From Malacoraja senta (taxonomy: Eukaryota), in contig CM075989.1 in the NCBI GenBank assembly GCA_038087875.1, positions 11,904,001 through 11,968,000 on the forward strand: a DNA stretch of 64,000 nt, read 5' to 3'. Each line of letters opens with the position of its first letter. Position 1 is the stretch's first letter. Below are positions 1 to 13,294 of this stretch, piece by piece. Made by a program: the position numbers and the translations under genes. The notes under the pieces are model-generated. The model did no database searches, had not been told where the DNA came from, and saw only the letters and a program-made list of their open reading frames with translations.

Positions 1-35
1 TGAATTTCCCTGAGGGGATCAATAACGTTTTTTTA

Positions 36-71
<36 letters not shown>
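36..71. repeat. (ATT)n microsatellite, probably the tail of a LINE 3' end
   Basis: 12 units following gaatttccctgaggggatcaataa. Confidence 0.9.
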
Positions 72-74
<3 letters not shown>

Positions 75-303
75 CGATAGCTACTTTCAAAGGGGAAATT
101 TGATGAAAGGGGATATTTGCAGAATGGGGAAAAAGAGGCATTGAATAGAGAACTCTTTAAAAAATCTAGCACATTGATGGATGGGCAGCAAAAATACATT
201 TATTTTCTGTGTACATCACTTATTTGAGTGCTAATGCTGCAGCATTTCTGCACATATTACATTTTGAGATGAAAGAACACACAGATAAGCATTGGTCACC
301 TAC

Positions 304-464
304 TTTAGTTAGATGGAGTTTCCCACCCGATCCTCGGGTACAAACTATCAAGTGTTTGGAGAACAGAAAACATTGCTTCTCTCCCTCCTTTTTCAGTGAG
401 AGCGATCCCAACCGACCGCGGGTAATCTTCCCTTTCTCAGTCATTGGTACTTGGATAAGCGATC
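304..464 (-). CDS. RASGRF1: RASGRF1 exon 10 (PH2 domain); gene continues beyond window start
   Basis: (G)[53 protein letters not shown]; 161 nt, donor AAA|GTAGGT. Exons 1-10 sum to 1542 nt with an unbroken frame. Confidence 0.96.
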
Positions 465-1029
465 CTGGGTTAGAGAGAGTATCAGCTGGTTACAGGTGGA
501 CCGTAAAACAAAGATAAGCATATCGCTCTCAACAGAATATCATGTGAGCCGCGAACTCAGCAAACCCGGCAGTGGTTGTGTATTGAGCATGATGCAATGG
601 CAGTAATGATATTAGATTAGTAATCCAGCAAATGAGAGTTTGAAGGTAAATTTAAGTGACTTTAAACTCAGTTCATTAAATAATTCCAGTTGATTAAGTA
701 TAATTAGTCACAATACTATTGAATTCTTGTGACCCGTCTCATGTACATTAGAGAAGGAAAATTGCCACCTTAGCTGTTCTGAGTCTTCGAACTGCCTTCT
801 AAAGTGGCCGTAAATAAAATGCTAAAATTCCACTTGCAAGCTGCTGAAGGTCTGGCACAATAGACAACGGTCTGCCATGCGACTCGGTGTGTCACTAAAA
901 ACCTTGTTCACTTGTAGTCCACTCCATTGGTAAGGATCAATCCACAGGATTTCTTTGCTCGTCAAGGATGCCTGCCACCCTGGCTATTCCCTGTTCTTTC
1001 TTCTCCTTCTGGGATATTAGTAGCTTGAA

Positions 1030-1362
1030 AGCCTGGATGTACAAACTTAAAAACAGCTTCTTCCCCACTGCTATCTGACTCCTGAACCAATCACCTCTTT
1101 CACACCCATTTCTCAGAGGTGCTGCCAGGTACACTTCCACTTAACTCTACGCCGGTTGTTAATTCCGTTATTGTACTTTATAATAATTTTTTACACTTCT
1201 TCCGATTGCCATACAATCTTGCACCATTCTGCTGTTTTGTACTCCTCATTGTACTTATTGTATCTATCATTACGGTATGTGTATTATTTACTCTATGAGC
1301 TTTATATAAACAAGGAATTTCATTCCATTCATCGTTTATAGGGCAATAAAACTAAACTAAGT
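1030..1362 (+). mobile_element. Rex1/L2-type LINE 3' end
   Basis: aaaacagcttcttccccactgctatctgactcctgaac...caataaaactaaactaa. Similar 3' ends at ~20500-20855, 25190-25410, 32060-32310, 42130-42350 and 63190-63395, plus a minus-strand copy (43950-44031 + 46240-46860) split by the PLE. Confidence 0.6.
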
Positions 1363-1935
1363 AACTACCCAAATTGGTTCTTTACATCCATACAAGAAAG
1401 TAGATGGGTTTTCAGCTTAACTTTTCACTCCTAGGATAGTGATGTATCCCAGAGTCAGATGTAAAATCTTATTGAAGGAGTATAAGACATTAAACCCAGG
1501 TTGCCTTTGAAGAAGAGCAGCACAGTTCCCCTCAGTGTCTCAGTCAATGTTTCTCTCTCAAACATCATTAAAGTTTATGTAACCACGCCATGGGCATTTT
1601 CTTTAGTCATGGCAACTCATCACAGGGATTTCACTGGCTGCAAGTTGAGAGAGTTCATAGAATTGCAAATATCTTCCAGCAACACAGTCTGAAATCAGCT
1701 TATCAACTGATCCTGACAGTCCACTTGCCAATGAAAATGCAAGTGAATGGCAAAGGAATAATTGAATTCATAGTGTTTCAATGACCAATCCATCAACCCA
1801 GTGCACTGAACCAAAGGTATTGGGCCTCACTCTGAAATATAATACCAGACCAGTGATCATGCATGTCATTAAAACACACTGAGCTGTATGCCATGTGCTC
1901 TCTGTGTAGTCCTGAACAATACGATCTCCCATTAC

Positions 1936-2054
1936 CTTGCCGGACAAACGTCTGGCTGGTGTCCAAGAGAATCTCGCAGCCCTCCACAATCAACCGCTCG
2001 ATAGCCAAGTTCTTGCGAATGTTTTCTGTTTCACTCACTTCATCGTGCATTATC
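1936..2054 (-). CDS. RASGRF1: RASGRF1 exon 9 (DH end / PH2 start)
   Basis: (R)[39 protein letters not shown](G); 119 nt, tcacag acceptor, AAG|GTAATG donor. Confidence 0.96.
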
Positions 2055-3285
2055 CTGTGACAAACACAAACAGTGTCAGTTTCACATTGCCGTGCACACG
2101 GACAACACAGCTTTACGGCAGGACAATGGAAGAACTCTGTCAATCTTCGTTCAGTGGATCCAAGTTCTCTCGTGGTCTGCGATGTGGGTGGGTGCTACAC
2201 TTCTAAACCAGTAAGGGGGGAAAAAAAGGGTTTTCCGCACTGTGAACATTTTCCACCAACCCACACTGATATGCGTATGGAAGAAGACTGGTCTCAGTTT
2301 CAATAGTTCATTCCTGGAGTAGATTTTCAACCCACACTGTGTCATCAGTGAGAAGCCAGAGCATGGTAATCAGGACGAGACAACAATTAACCCCAGAAGA
2401 AAGGAAACGGAGAAGGAGAGGAGAAGAAGTGGATAAAATTGGAAGAGACAAACTTGAAGAAATAGTTTCAAATACCAAAACACTATTTTAATTTACAAAG
2501 CAGATTGGAGGATGGAGTAGCTGGATGTGAGCTGACATTAATTTTCAAAAGAGGATTGTTGCCCTGTAATAAAAAGTTGGAGAAACTTTAATTCAGCCAC
2601 AGTCTTCAAATGCCGCCCAGATCAGTGGAAGGAATGTTCCATCCACTGCATCTCCCCCCCCCCCCCCCCCCGCCCAGGACCTTCTGTGAGGATCATCTGT
2701 GTTCCATTACAGAAATGGAGCTTAAGAGAAAACTACTGTAACTTTTTCAGGAGTTTTTAATTGCCAAGGTAAATAGAACCACCAAACTAGTAGTTAAATT
2801 GTGAGAAAAAACCCTGCATAAGCTGGATATCTAATATAAACACAGAAAATGCTGGAAATATTTTGCAAATCTGGCTGCATCACGAGTAAAACAGAAATAA
2901 CATTTTCAGGTTGAAACATGTTTTCAACATTGTTTGTGTTTATGTCAGTTCAGATCTGCACAATTGATCCATGTAACTTCTGCCCACATGAAGAATGGCA
3001 TCCCCAGGCCATTGATTTGTGATATATCTTCTATTCTCACTTCATCTTCTCATCTTTCCGTGTCTCAAGTTGTAAATCTTGGCCCATTGTAAGCAGAATT
3101 CCACTTAACACTGTGCAAATTCTCTGCTTCAGGAACAGGCATCAATACCACATCATGCTTGAAATCTCAAAACAATCCGATCAGCATTGGATTAGAAAAG
3201 TTAGGAATTTATGGTTCATTCTTGGAGAAGGGTGGAAAGTGTTTCAAGCCCATGCCAGAGATGGCCACTGGATGGCGTTACTCAC

Positions 3286-3395
3286 CGTGAGAGTTCCTCC
3301 AGCTTTGACTTTGCGTACTCCAGACTCTTCCTCTCCACGTGCTCGTGGGGTGTGTGAGCTAACAACTCGTGGAGAGTCAGGATGTATCTGGGGAT
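3286..3395 (-). CDS. RASGRF1: RASGRF1 exon 8 (DH domain)
   Basis: [36 protein letters not shown](R); acceptor ccttag, donor CG|GTGAGT; 110 nt. Confidence 0.96.
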
Positions 3396-3916
3396 CTAAG
3401 GAGCCAAAGTCAGAAAATACAAATGATAAACAACTAAATGTTCTGTTTGCAGGCTGCTTTTTATAGGACACCGAACAGACTTTGTTGTTATGTGCAAAAG
3501 ACTACAGAAATAAAATGGATAATTGACGATAATGTAAAATGGATAATATTGAATCAGTTGCATCACTAACCTTCACTGGAAAATCAAATGAGCTGCAAAA
3601 ATGACTATTAAGTCCCCATTTCTTATTCTGTGTTCCTCTACTTCCCAACTACCATTCCCTCGTTTTTCATTTGCACATGTTATAGGTATTCTCTACTTTC
3701 TCCACATTCTATACACAATCTGCGGTTGGATAATCCAATGATCAAACGGAATGTGAGATCGGATACAAGAACGACATTGTGTTATTGAAAAAGTTGAGGA
3801 AATTCTCTATTTATAAAGGTCTATTTATATTTATATATACCAACTATTTATAATTGGTCCCGGACCAATCAGCTGCAACATGCACCCAACCTCTCCCCTA
3901 TGCTCTGCTGTTTCAC

Positions 3917-4110
3917 CTGAAACATTGGATAGGTCAGGAATGTCTCCAGTGTCCTCTCTTCACAATCCGGCTTTGCTTCATATGTTTTCAGAAGTTTGTC
4001 AAAGTCCCTGTTTTGCTTGCAGCTGGCCAAGATCTGTAGACTATACTGGTGGTTCCTTACAAACTCCTGATAGATGTTCAGCATAGGAAGGAGAATGTCG
4101 AACAGGTCAG
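3917..4110 (-). CDS. RASGRF1: RASGRF1 exon 7 (DH domain)
   Basis: (A)[64 protein letters not shown]; 194 nt, donor CAG|GTGAAA. Confidence 0.96.
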
Positions 4111-5429
4111 CTGTGGGATGGTTCAGAATACGCATGGTCAAAAGCTTGGTGTAGTCACCACCTCTAAACATTTCTGCAAGACTACACATGGACTGGCAGA
4201 CCTCACATTATGACTTGGCACACAGATGGGACGATTCATTCATTGTGTGGATAAATAAAAAAAGGCTTGCCTTCCATGAGCTGCAAATGATCCTGGCAGC
4301 CTGTGAAGAGCTTTTGGAAACCAATCACTGCTGCAAACACACTGCAATATGCACTGCATGTTCCCACAAATGAAATTAAATGAAGGCCAATAATCTGTTT
4401 TGGTAATATCGAATGGGAATAATTCATGGAGAAACCCCTTGCATTTCTTCTGGCTTGCATCCACCCAAGAAGGCAAGCTAGGACTCAATTTAACATTTTA
4501 TCTGGAAAGCCAAAAGCTTTAACAAAGTAGTACTCGTAACTGGCGAGAAAATGCTAACTTTTATTCATCAACAGTCAGTAGCCAAGAATTCTAATTTTTA
4601 ACTGCCTTTTATTATAGAGTGTTAGAACATTACTTCCCTTCCTAGCCACCTGTAATTATTTTTGGTGAAAGTTTTCTTCCTAGTTTGCAAAATCTCAGTC
4701 AGTTGAAATTACATCCCAGACCTAAAGCATTATTTGTTTCTCTTTCCACTGATGCGGCCTGACCTGCTGAGATTTTGTAATGACGGCAGTGTAAATAATA
4801 TGGTGATCTTAAAGGTCAGACCGTTCTCTAAATGTTCCCAATTTTAATGAATACCCTGCATTGCACATGTATCCCAATAACTGTTGATAACATCCCAGTG
4901 ATTTACATTTACAGATCCTTTCTATACTTGGTGCCTAAATCTGAAAAACAGCATTTCCACTGTGGCTTAATTATAATATGGTAAACACTCAGTGTTACCT
5001 CTTCACATTTGCATTTTATTTTCCTTGATACTAAAACAAAAATGGTAGGTATTTTTATTAGTGGGCTTTTTACACAATGATACCTTTGGACTCTTGTGTG
5101 AACATTGAACAACCTTGTGCTTTGTTCCTCTGCTCTTAGATTAAAAATCTATTAATTGACATTTGCCAATATCAACTGCACATGGCACCCACCTGCTCAT
5201 GCAGTTCTGTCCACCTATAATCTTGATAATTCAGTACATGTGACAATAAACTAAACTAATTCTGGTTACAGCATTCCCAAAATTGTAGAATAATCGAATT
5301 CCAAAATGATTCTTAATTGTTTTATATGTAATAAATGGGAGCAGACCCAACATAACATTTTATGGAATTCTACTAACTGGACCTTTTTTTTTGGAAAAAC
5401 ATTCTGTTAAGTGGATTCTTCTTTTTTTT

Positions 5430-5621
5430 TAGACAAATGACTGTAGATGATGGAAACTGCAACAAAAAAAAACAGACTGCTGGCGGTACTCAGCTGGTTA
5501 AGCAGCATCTATGTGGGGGAAGGAATCCTGATGTAGGGTCTCGACCAGAAACTTTGAGAATTCCTTCGCCCCACAGATGCTGCTTGACCCGCTGAGTTTT
5601 CTGCCAGCTTGTCTTTTGCTG
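5430..5621. mobile_element. Diverged Penelope-derived inverted repeat with degraded hammerhead (5528-5556)
   Basis: ctcagctggttaagcagcatct...CTGATGTAGGGTCTCGACCAGAAAC...agatgctgcttgacccgctgag. Further diverged copies or fragments lie near 2820-2910, 4735-4775, 11170-11300, 15130-15175, 19435-19526, 24300-24450, 41090-41168, 42940-43000, 43170-43250 and 58845-58995. Confidence 0.75.
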
Positions 5622-5919
5622 TTTGATTTTATACTGACAGTCAGCCTTTTCACCAATTGATCACCTTCCTTTTAAACAACCAGGTCTTTCACTCTGGTTG
5701 AGGAATTAAACTAGAAGAGCAACTGAACTCTGATTGAACTGTGCTTTGTTTACTTCACAAGAAGCTAATCCTGTTCTGTTCTGTTAAAGAGGCAAGGCTC
5801 CATCTTGAGAGCAGAGCATATTGCGGATTGAACACTATAATTTTCACATCTGCACAAAGGAATGCAACACCTGAGTTACCAATGGGGATCCTCATGATAT
5901 AAGTACTCACGATACCTAC

Positions 5920-5999
5920 CTAGTACTAGTGTAGGCCAGCTGGAGACTCGAGCTTTTAGTCCCTGGTAAAATATTTGGTGCAAAAACATAATTGTTTCA
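5920..5999 (-). CDS. RASGRF1: RASGRF1 exon 6 (DH domain)
   Basis: (S)[26 protein letters not shown](A); acceptor cttttccag, donor TAG|GTAGGT; 80 nt. Confidence 0.96.
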
Positions 6000-6601
6000 C
6001 TGGAAAAGAGAACAAGATAAGTATAAAGAAAGAGAATGGAATGTGTATTTACAGAACCTCTCTCTGTAATCATCCAGCATTTATTCATTTATTTCATCAA
6101 TGTGATCGTAATTTTGCATTATCTCAAATACCTCTAATTGGTTGCACAATAAAATCCTGCTAATCATTTCTGATCATATCCTTCCAAGTCATAGGCAACT
6201 CAATGGTGATAGGTATGTATGAAATTCTTTAAATTACTTTTTTTGTAAATCTTTCACAGGAAGACTGCATTTATTCTTCCTTTGGGAATCTGGTGGGAAG
6301 CTGGAACCAGTCATGACAGTTTGGTGCAACTTACTGTCTTCAGAGCTTTTTCAGGGGGAATATTGCAGTGGATGCAGTCACATACAGGTCACAATGAGTA
6401 AAGGTCAAAGGTTTCCATCCCTGAACATTAGTGATCCAAATGATTTTTTTAATCATAATCCACTATCAATAGAATAATTCCAGATTATTTCATTATCTAA
6501 ATTTAAATTACCCGCCTGCCAGCATGGGATAGGAACTCAACCTCATGATTGTTTGGTCCAGCATCCTAAGTACTATTTTATTAGAGTCTCTTGCTGGATA
6601 C

Positions 6602-6855
6602 CTGTTTAGGAATACGCTGCTAACATCATCATGGGCGATCGGAGGCTTCTTGGAGCTGGCTGCCATGCGGAGTGGTCGGAGGAAGCAGTTCACAAGGATG
6701 TGGAGCTGCTGGACATACTCAGCCTCAGCCTCCAGCATACTGAACACAACCTGGTTCCTCTTCCTCATGCTCTCAGCATGTGGGGAGCGGATGTAGTCCT
6801 GAATAATGGTCTTCCACTTCCTTCTGCACAGCCATCCTCGCAGGAAGCTTTGGAC
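6602..6855 (-). CDS. RASGRF1: RASGRF1 exon 5 (IQ motif, start of DH domain)
   Basis: [84 protein letters not shown](S); 254 nt, AG/GT borders. Confidence 0.97.
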
Positions 6856-7244
6856 CTGTTGGATACAGCAATGACTTTAACTTGGAGGGTAGGTGCCACA
6901 GTTAAGAATTTACAGGTGAAACCAAAGTTGACCAGACAATCAACCGCAAGGATGAAAGTTACATATCAATGAACTGCTTAGAAGGGCGGGAAAGTGACAA
7001 ATGGAATCCAGTTTGGAAATGTGTGAAGCAATATATTTGTGGAAGGCAAACAAGGCAAGAAAATGTATAATAAATAGGGGACACCTGGGGAGCAAAAGAA
7101 TCTTGGAACTTATGTCTACAGATCCCTGAAGGTCAAGAAGATTATGTGTTTACGAAGAATATGTTATGTGGGATGGGATCACAATAAAATAAAAAATGTC
7201 TTACTGCAAGATATCTCAGTGGCTTGATTGTATATCTGTCTTAC

Positions 7245-7337
7245 CTTCTTGATTTTCCTTATATCAACATCTTCATCGTTCTGCGTCACTGGCTCGGTTA
7301 GTTGGATGCGGTCATTGTTTTTGAGCAGCGAAGCAAT
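7245..7337 (-). CDS. RASGRF1: RASGRF1 exon 4
   Basis: IASLLKNNDRIQLTEPVTQNDEDVDIRKIKK; poly-T acceptor ...tttttaacag, donor AAG|GTAAGA; 93 nt. Confidence 0.95.
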
Positions 7338-7629
7338 CTGTTAAAAAAAAAGAGAAATAAAGCTAAGTGAATTCAATGACCTGATTCATTACCACTGGAG
7401 GCACTCAGCCAAGGGCTCACAAACAAGAGCCACAAGTATTTCCATACAATATTCCCAGCTTCCAACAGGATTCTGCGCAGTGTAACTGGGAGTGAAATAA
7501 TTCCAGAATTCAGTAAGAATCGCACCTTCTCCACTTCGACCCATTTCCTTGACCTGTAACCCAGAATAATCCTACAGAGGTGACATCCCTCACACCAGTC
7601 AGCACAACCCAGCCTTGATCTTTTCCTAC

Positions 7630-7777
7630 CTCAGCTTTCAGTCGCTCAACTTCAATCTCTTGATCCTCAATTTGCTGCCGCAATCGTTTTGCGACTGTTT
7701 TCTCAGTCTCTACGATCTGCAGAAGGTGGAGGTATTTCTGCATCAGGGACTCGTGTTCTGTTGCAAGGTTCCTGTAA
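7630..7777 (-). CDS. RASGRF1: RASGRF1 exon 3 (coiled coil)
   Basis: (S)[49 protein letters not shown]; acceptor aacag, donor GAG|GTAGGA; 148 nt. Confidence 0.96.
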
Positions 7778-10621
7778 CTGTTCAAAAATGCAATTGTGAA
7801 CAGATGGAATGAAGGGAAAGGCAAAGCTTCGATTGTTAATCTCCAATAGGGGAAATGAGAATGAGAATTGCATTGGACCAAAGAGATTTTTGGATGAGAT
7901 GACTGTTGTCCATTGACAAGGTGTACCTGATCCTGACATAACAGAATTATTGACTATTCCCAGCAGTCAGTCTCTCTCAGTAAGCCCAGATCTCATCTTC
8001 AGCCTGAAATATTCCAGTGATGGTGAATCAGAGGTTGGTGCTGATGGAGCAAACCATCTTCAAATATTAAATAAGTTAAATCTTCTTAAAGGAACTAGAA
8101 TCGAGATACTTATTTCCAATGCAAGACCAGTAATTATGCCTGCTGCCCACTAATTCTTTCTGGCACGCAGGGATCTCATCTGAAACATGAGGTTTCCGCC
8201 AAAAGTAGACAGCATCAATAACTGCGAGATGCTGTTCCTGGCACTGCATTGGGTCTAATTTATATTTGCTGCCCATACTAGGTTGTCACAAGTCTGCAGA
8301 GAGTGATGCAGAGAGACTATCACAGGCACGGACCTCCTTACCAACTACATGAGGCAGGAGGTACAGAAACCCCAAGGTCGCACACTACCATGTTCAGGAA
8401 CAGTTACTTTCCTACAATTAACAACTTCTCGAACCTACCCGCACAACCTAATCCTACCTCGGCAACAGAACACTATGGACCACACTTGCACAGCCATCAG
8501 CCTTTTTTTTTGTCTTAATGTGTTTTTGCACTCATGTATTTTCTTTTGCACAGTCTTTTCTTTTTCAAGGAATTGGGTCCAGTTAATCACCTTTAATAAT
8601 TTAAGGATACATATTGAAATAGCAACATGGGATTTTTCACAGGCATTTGAAAGGGCAGATGATATGTCAAAATAATGGCACCTTCCCAGTTACACACTGG
8701 AATATCAGCCAAGCTCTATATATGAGCATGGAGCATGGGCATGCAATCTTCACCTCAGAAGCAAAGGTGGTGCCCACTAAACCACTGAGATTATAAGAAC
8801 TATAATAGGTTATTTGGATCTGTGTCTGCTCAACCATTCAATGATTGTAGATACAAGGATGTTAAGATTCATGGACTCAGGGAAATATTGAAATGGGGAT
8901 AGGGCAGGAAAGTGCAGGAGACAGAGGATCAGCTGAAATTTTGTTGAATGGTAGAACAGACTTAAAGGATGAATGGCCTCCTCCTGCTCCAGCTCTTGGC
9001 ATTCCAGTTATGGTTGCTGCGCTAATTGACCCAGGGCACCAGGTCTCTTGAGGCTTAGAAACACCTGGTTCCATTAAATTATTTTTGGACATTGGATCCA
9101 ACAGCACAAAATAAACAGTTGAAATCTTTTGCCCCAAGTACTTCATTGAAATCTTTTCAATCCTTGCTTCAATAGTTCAACGTCAAACACAGTCTCTTTA
9201 TAAACATAACAAAATGTCACAAAAAATCACACTCCAGCCGTGTAAGGATTTGAATAGTTTAGTCAGCAAGGCTCTTGACTTGTTTATGAAACCATGGCAG
9301 GCCCATTTTCAGGGCCTGTCCTTGATGGCCTTTGGTTACTATGGTTACTAAAAGCCTTTCTGGATGTTGTTTGTCACAATAATTGGCCACTCAGGCAAAT
9401 AAAGTACATTCCAGAAGAAGACAGTGAAAGTGACCTTAAGGAATAAATTCTACCCTGTACATCAATCAAACCTCCATCTCAATTGCAAACCTTCATCCTT
9501 ACAGTGTGTCATGTGATTACAGAAACATGTTGAAAAAGTAACCGCGATTCAAATTACTTTTTTAAAAAGAACTGTGTTTTGGAGTTGTGGGCATTGCTGT
9601 CTTTCTTCAGCTTGCTTGGCCAGTTCAGTTAAAAGTCGATCACGCTGGTGTGAGCCTTTATATGAGTCACACATAGGCTCAGATCCACATAAAGATAACA
9701 GCTTTCTTTTCACTGTGACTGGGAGAGTTATTGGAGGGGTAGCCATGGGGCTTACAGCAAGATCCACGGGAGAGGAGGACGGAGAAAATAACAAAGACAT
9801 TTTCTTGAGAATCAGCAAGTGCAATCTGACAGGTGGTAAGATGACTGCAGCATATGGACCGTTAAAGTGCCTATACTGCCTGTATGAGGTTTATAATGAG
9901 CACAATTAATATTTGTGTGAATTTTATTGCTAGCCTGAGAGGATCTCAAAATGCAGCCATCAGGTGTAAATTATATGAGAGGGCGAGGATGGCAGTGTTG
10001 TAATGAGGTGATGTGTTGCTCTACACATTTGTGCCTAGTTGTTCATACCTTGCCTGGAAGGTAATTGTTGGCCTCAAACAGCCTGGGAACCGCTAGATGA
10101 GAAAAGCCCAAAGTTCCTCTTATTCTCGTTTATCAGCCGAGATGGACACTCTTCCAACGAACTAGCATGAGAACAATGGGCTGAATGGCCACCTTTCTTG
10201 AATCATTTTACTTTTCTATCCTGGTTGTTATATGATGCTACATAAATGTTCTCTTATCAAGGGGATCAATGTCTGCCTCTGCCTAGACTGCTTTTACTGA
10301 ATGGAACCAGTTTCAAAATAACCTAAAAGGAAATAGCTATATAAAGCAAAAACTTGCTGGACACAAGGTGTTCTGCAGGGATTATTTGGTAGTTCTTTTG
10401 AGAGTTTGTACAGACATGATGGACTATATAATCTCCCTCTGAACTGTACAGTTTGCTAAGTAACGCTGATAGTGACCAGATGCAACAATAATGGAGTAAC
10501 TAGTTGGGTAATCACACAGTGATCAATCCGTATTGATGTGGCTGCAACAAATCCAGACAATATGTGAGGAGGCTCAGTAGTGCTGGACAATGGAAATGGA
10601 AAACAAACCTCACTGATTTGT

Positions 10622-11095
10622 AGTATGCAGAGAATTTGCCAGGACTTGAGGGCCTGGATATAGGGAGCGGTAGGGCAGGCTAAGCCTTCATTCCTTGGAG
10701 CGGGGAAGGCTGAGGGGTGATCTTATTGAGGAGTAAAAGTTCATGAAGGGAATGGATAGAGTTAATGTTCAATATCTATTTTCCTAGGGTGGGTGAATCA
10801 AGAGCTGGAGGATATAGGTTAAGCTGAGAGGAGAAAGATTTAATAAGAACCTTGGTCCCATTTGCCCACCACATAAAGCGTGGTGAGCATAAGGGACGAT
10901 CTGCCAGAGGAAGTTGTTGATGCAGGTGCAATCACATTTAAAAGACATTTGGACAGGTACATGGATCGGAAAAGTTTAGAGGGGTATGCGTCGAATGTGG
11001 GCAAAAGGGACTAGCTTAGATGGGGCATTTTGGTCGGCATGGATGAGTTGACCCAAAGGACGTGTTTCCATGCTGCATAACTCGCTGATTCCATG
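10622..11095 (+). mobile_element. CR1 LINE 3' fragment
   Basis: gaaggctgaggggtgatcttattgag... and gacatttggacaggtacatggat are CR1 3' signatures; boundaries approximate. Confidence 0.8.
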
Positions 11096-11881
11096 ATCTT
11101 CCTAATGTGCAACACTCCCATCATATCTAATGTTGCTCTTATACTGGAGCCATAAAATATTTTTCTGCAACACAAAGTTACGAAGTGATTCAGCGGGTCA
11201 GGCAGCCGCTCTGGAGGACATGGATAGGTGACGTTCTGGGTGGGAACCCTGAAGGGTCCTGCACTTTGTGTTTTTTGTAAACCAGCATCTGCAGTTCGTT
11301 TTGTCTTTAAACATCTCTGCCTTAACAGCAGATTTCCTGTTGTCTTGTTAGGAAATCCATTCGCAGCCTCTTGAGTGTGATTGATGCCAAGCCACCTTCT
11401 GACACAATCTGCAGCCTTTCACTCAAATTACTAACCTGGAATCGCTCCCAATGGTGTATTTTGTGTCAATTAACATCCAGCTCAAGTATTATCATAAGAA
11501 CTGACACTCAGAGGATCTATTTGTACAACCAACAGCTTAAAATCAATGATTCTGTGAAGCAATTCAGTTGCTATCTTTGTCTGTCTGGAGACTCTGTGGG
11601 ATTTTCTGGATGTCTTTCACCTCTCGATGAGTGGTACATGCAGAGATCAAGTCTGAAAACTAGATACCAAAGATCCTATAGGATCTGTGCTAGATACTAC
11701 TTGAACCAGCAGACTCCGCAGATTGTGTGACTTACGGAAAGTAATACATTGAAATATTTTGAGAAGGCAACAAGGAGGTGTAATAGGAATAGCACATTTG
11801 ATGCCGATTACTAGACTTTAACAAAAGCATCCAAAACAAATTGGATAGGCAAGTAAATTCCAGAGAATTTCAGAAAAGGTG

Positions 11882-12358
11882 ACAGTCTGTGGGCAAGTAC
11901 TGAGGCAGTGTTGTACTGTCAGAGTACTGATCTGTGGGAGGGCAATACTGGGGGAGTGCCGCACTGTCAGAGGGGCAGTATTTAGGGAGTGATGCACTGT
12001 TAGAGGGATAGTACTGAAAGAATGCTGCTCTGTGGGAAGGGCAGTACTGAGGGAGTCATGCACTGTCAGAGGGGCAGTATTGAGGGAGTGTAGCACTGTG
12101 GGGGGGGGCAGTATTGTTGGAGTGCTACACTGTGGGAGGGGCAATACTGAGGTAGTCAGGCAAAAGGAAGGGGCAATATTGGGGAAGTTCAACACTGTGG
12201 GAGGGGCAGACTGAGGGACTACTGCACTGTCAGAGGAGCAGTACTGAGGGAGCACTGCACTGTTGGAGGGGCAATATGAGAAAGTACTGCACTGTCAAAG
12301 GAGCAGTACTGGAGTGCTATTCTGGCAAAGGTGCAGTGCTGAGGGAGTACTGCACGGT
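11882..12358. repeat. 33-bp minisatellite (~14 diverged units, consensus GGGCAGTACTGAGGGAGTGCTGCACTGTCAGAG)
   Basis: cactgt-type anchors at 11962, 11995, 12028, 12061 and 12094 give period 33. Related shorter arrays at ~12500-12620 and ~14430-14650. Confidence 0.9.
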
Positions 12359-12359
12359 C

Positions 12360-12830
12360 ACCTCAGTCTCAGAGCTCTGTTTTGTCTGTTCAGGTGGTAT
12401 TTTTGAAGAAGACCAGGAGACTATATAACATTCTCACATCTGAGCCAAGTGGTGGTGGGTTGAAGGACCCCGTGAGCTACCTGGTATAAAGCTGCAGGAA
12501 CAGTACTCAGGGTGTGACGCACTGTCACAGGGGCAGTCCTGAGGGAATGATGTGCTGTCTCAGGATCAGCACCGAGAGTGTGCTGTATGGTCGACGGGTC
12601 AGTATTGAGGGGGGACTATGTTCTCATCTACTTTCCAATATCTGCTTTCTGAACAACATCACAAAAAGAGATGATCTGGCTATTGGCTTCTCATCATGTT
12701 TGGGATCAGACTGTGCACAAGCAGATATGTTACCGTAATGGACTACATTTGAAAAGTTTTCACTGGCTGCAGAATGCTTTTTGATGTCCAAAGGATGTGA
12801 AAGGTGCTATAGAAATCCAAGTCTTTGTCT
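12360..12830 (+). mobile_element. Deu-domain SINE (SacSINE1-like) remnant
   Basis: caggtgg...tttgaagaagaccaggag, aacaacatcacaaaaagagatgatctgg, gtgaaaggtgctatagaaatccaagtcttt. Related pieces at ~14800-15070, 21930-22170, 23310-23520, 31400-31700 (-) and 32760-33020 (-). Family assigned from recalled consensus. Confidence 0.6.
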
Positions 12831-13294
12831 CTCGCTGCAACTCTGGGTTTCAATGGTGAAACAAAATAGAAGGAAAGATGTTGGTGGGCTTCACGGCAGC
12901 AGCTTATATTATTGGATAGAGTACCTATAATATTGTCCAGCATATTTTGCTTAAGCATCGCCAAACAAAATCAGACACTGTGCCATGTAAAGAAACATTA
13001 GGGTGAGTGGCCAAAGCTCAGTCAAAGTGGGAGGTTTGAGGAGGAGAATTTATGGTGGAGAGTAAGAGAAATTAAAGGAGGGAATTCCAAACGAGCAGGT
13101 CTGAGCAGCTAAATACAACAAGAGCGGAGCATTGGAAATTGTAGATGATTATGAGTCTGGAAGTGGAGAGGTGCAGAGATACCAATCAACACAGGAACAG
13201 GCTCTTTGGCCAACGATGTTTGTGTCAAACATGAAGCCAAATGAATCTAATCTCTTCTGCCTGCACCTGCTCCATTACCCTCTATTGCCTGCAT

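Noticed and set aside
11818-12255. 145-aa Pro/Thr/Ser-rich ORF
   Set aside because: Artefact of the 33-bp (multiple of 3) minisatellite.
11882-12358. CRISPR-like periodic repeats
   Set aside because: Head-to-tail units without unique spacers, vertebrate context, no cas genes.
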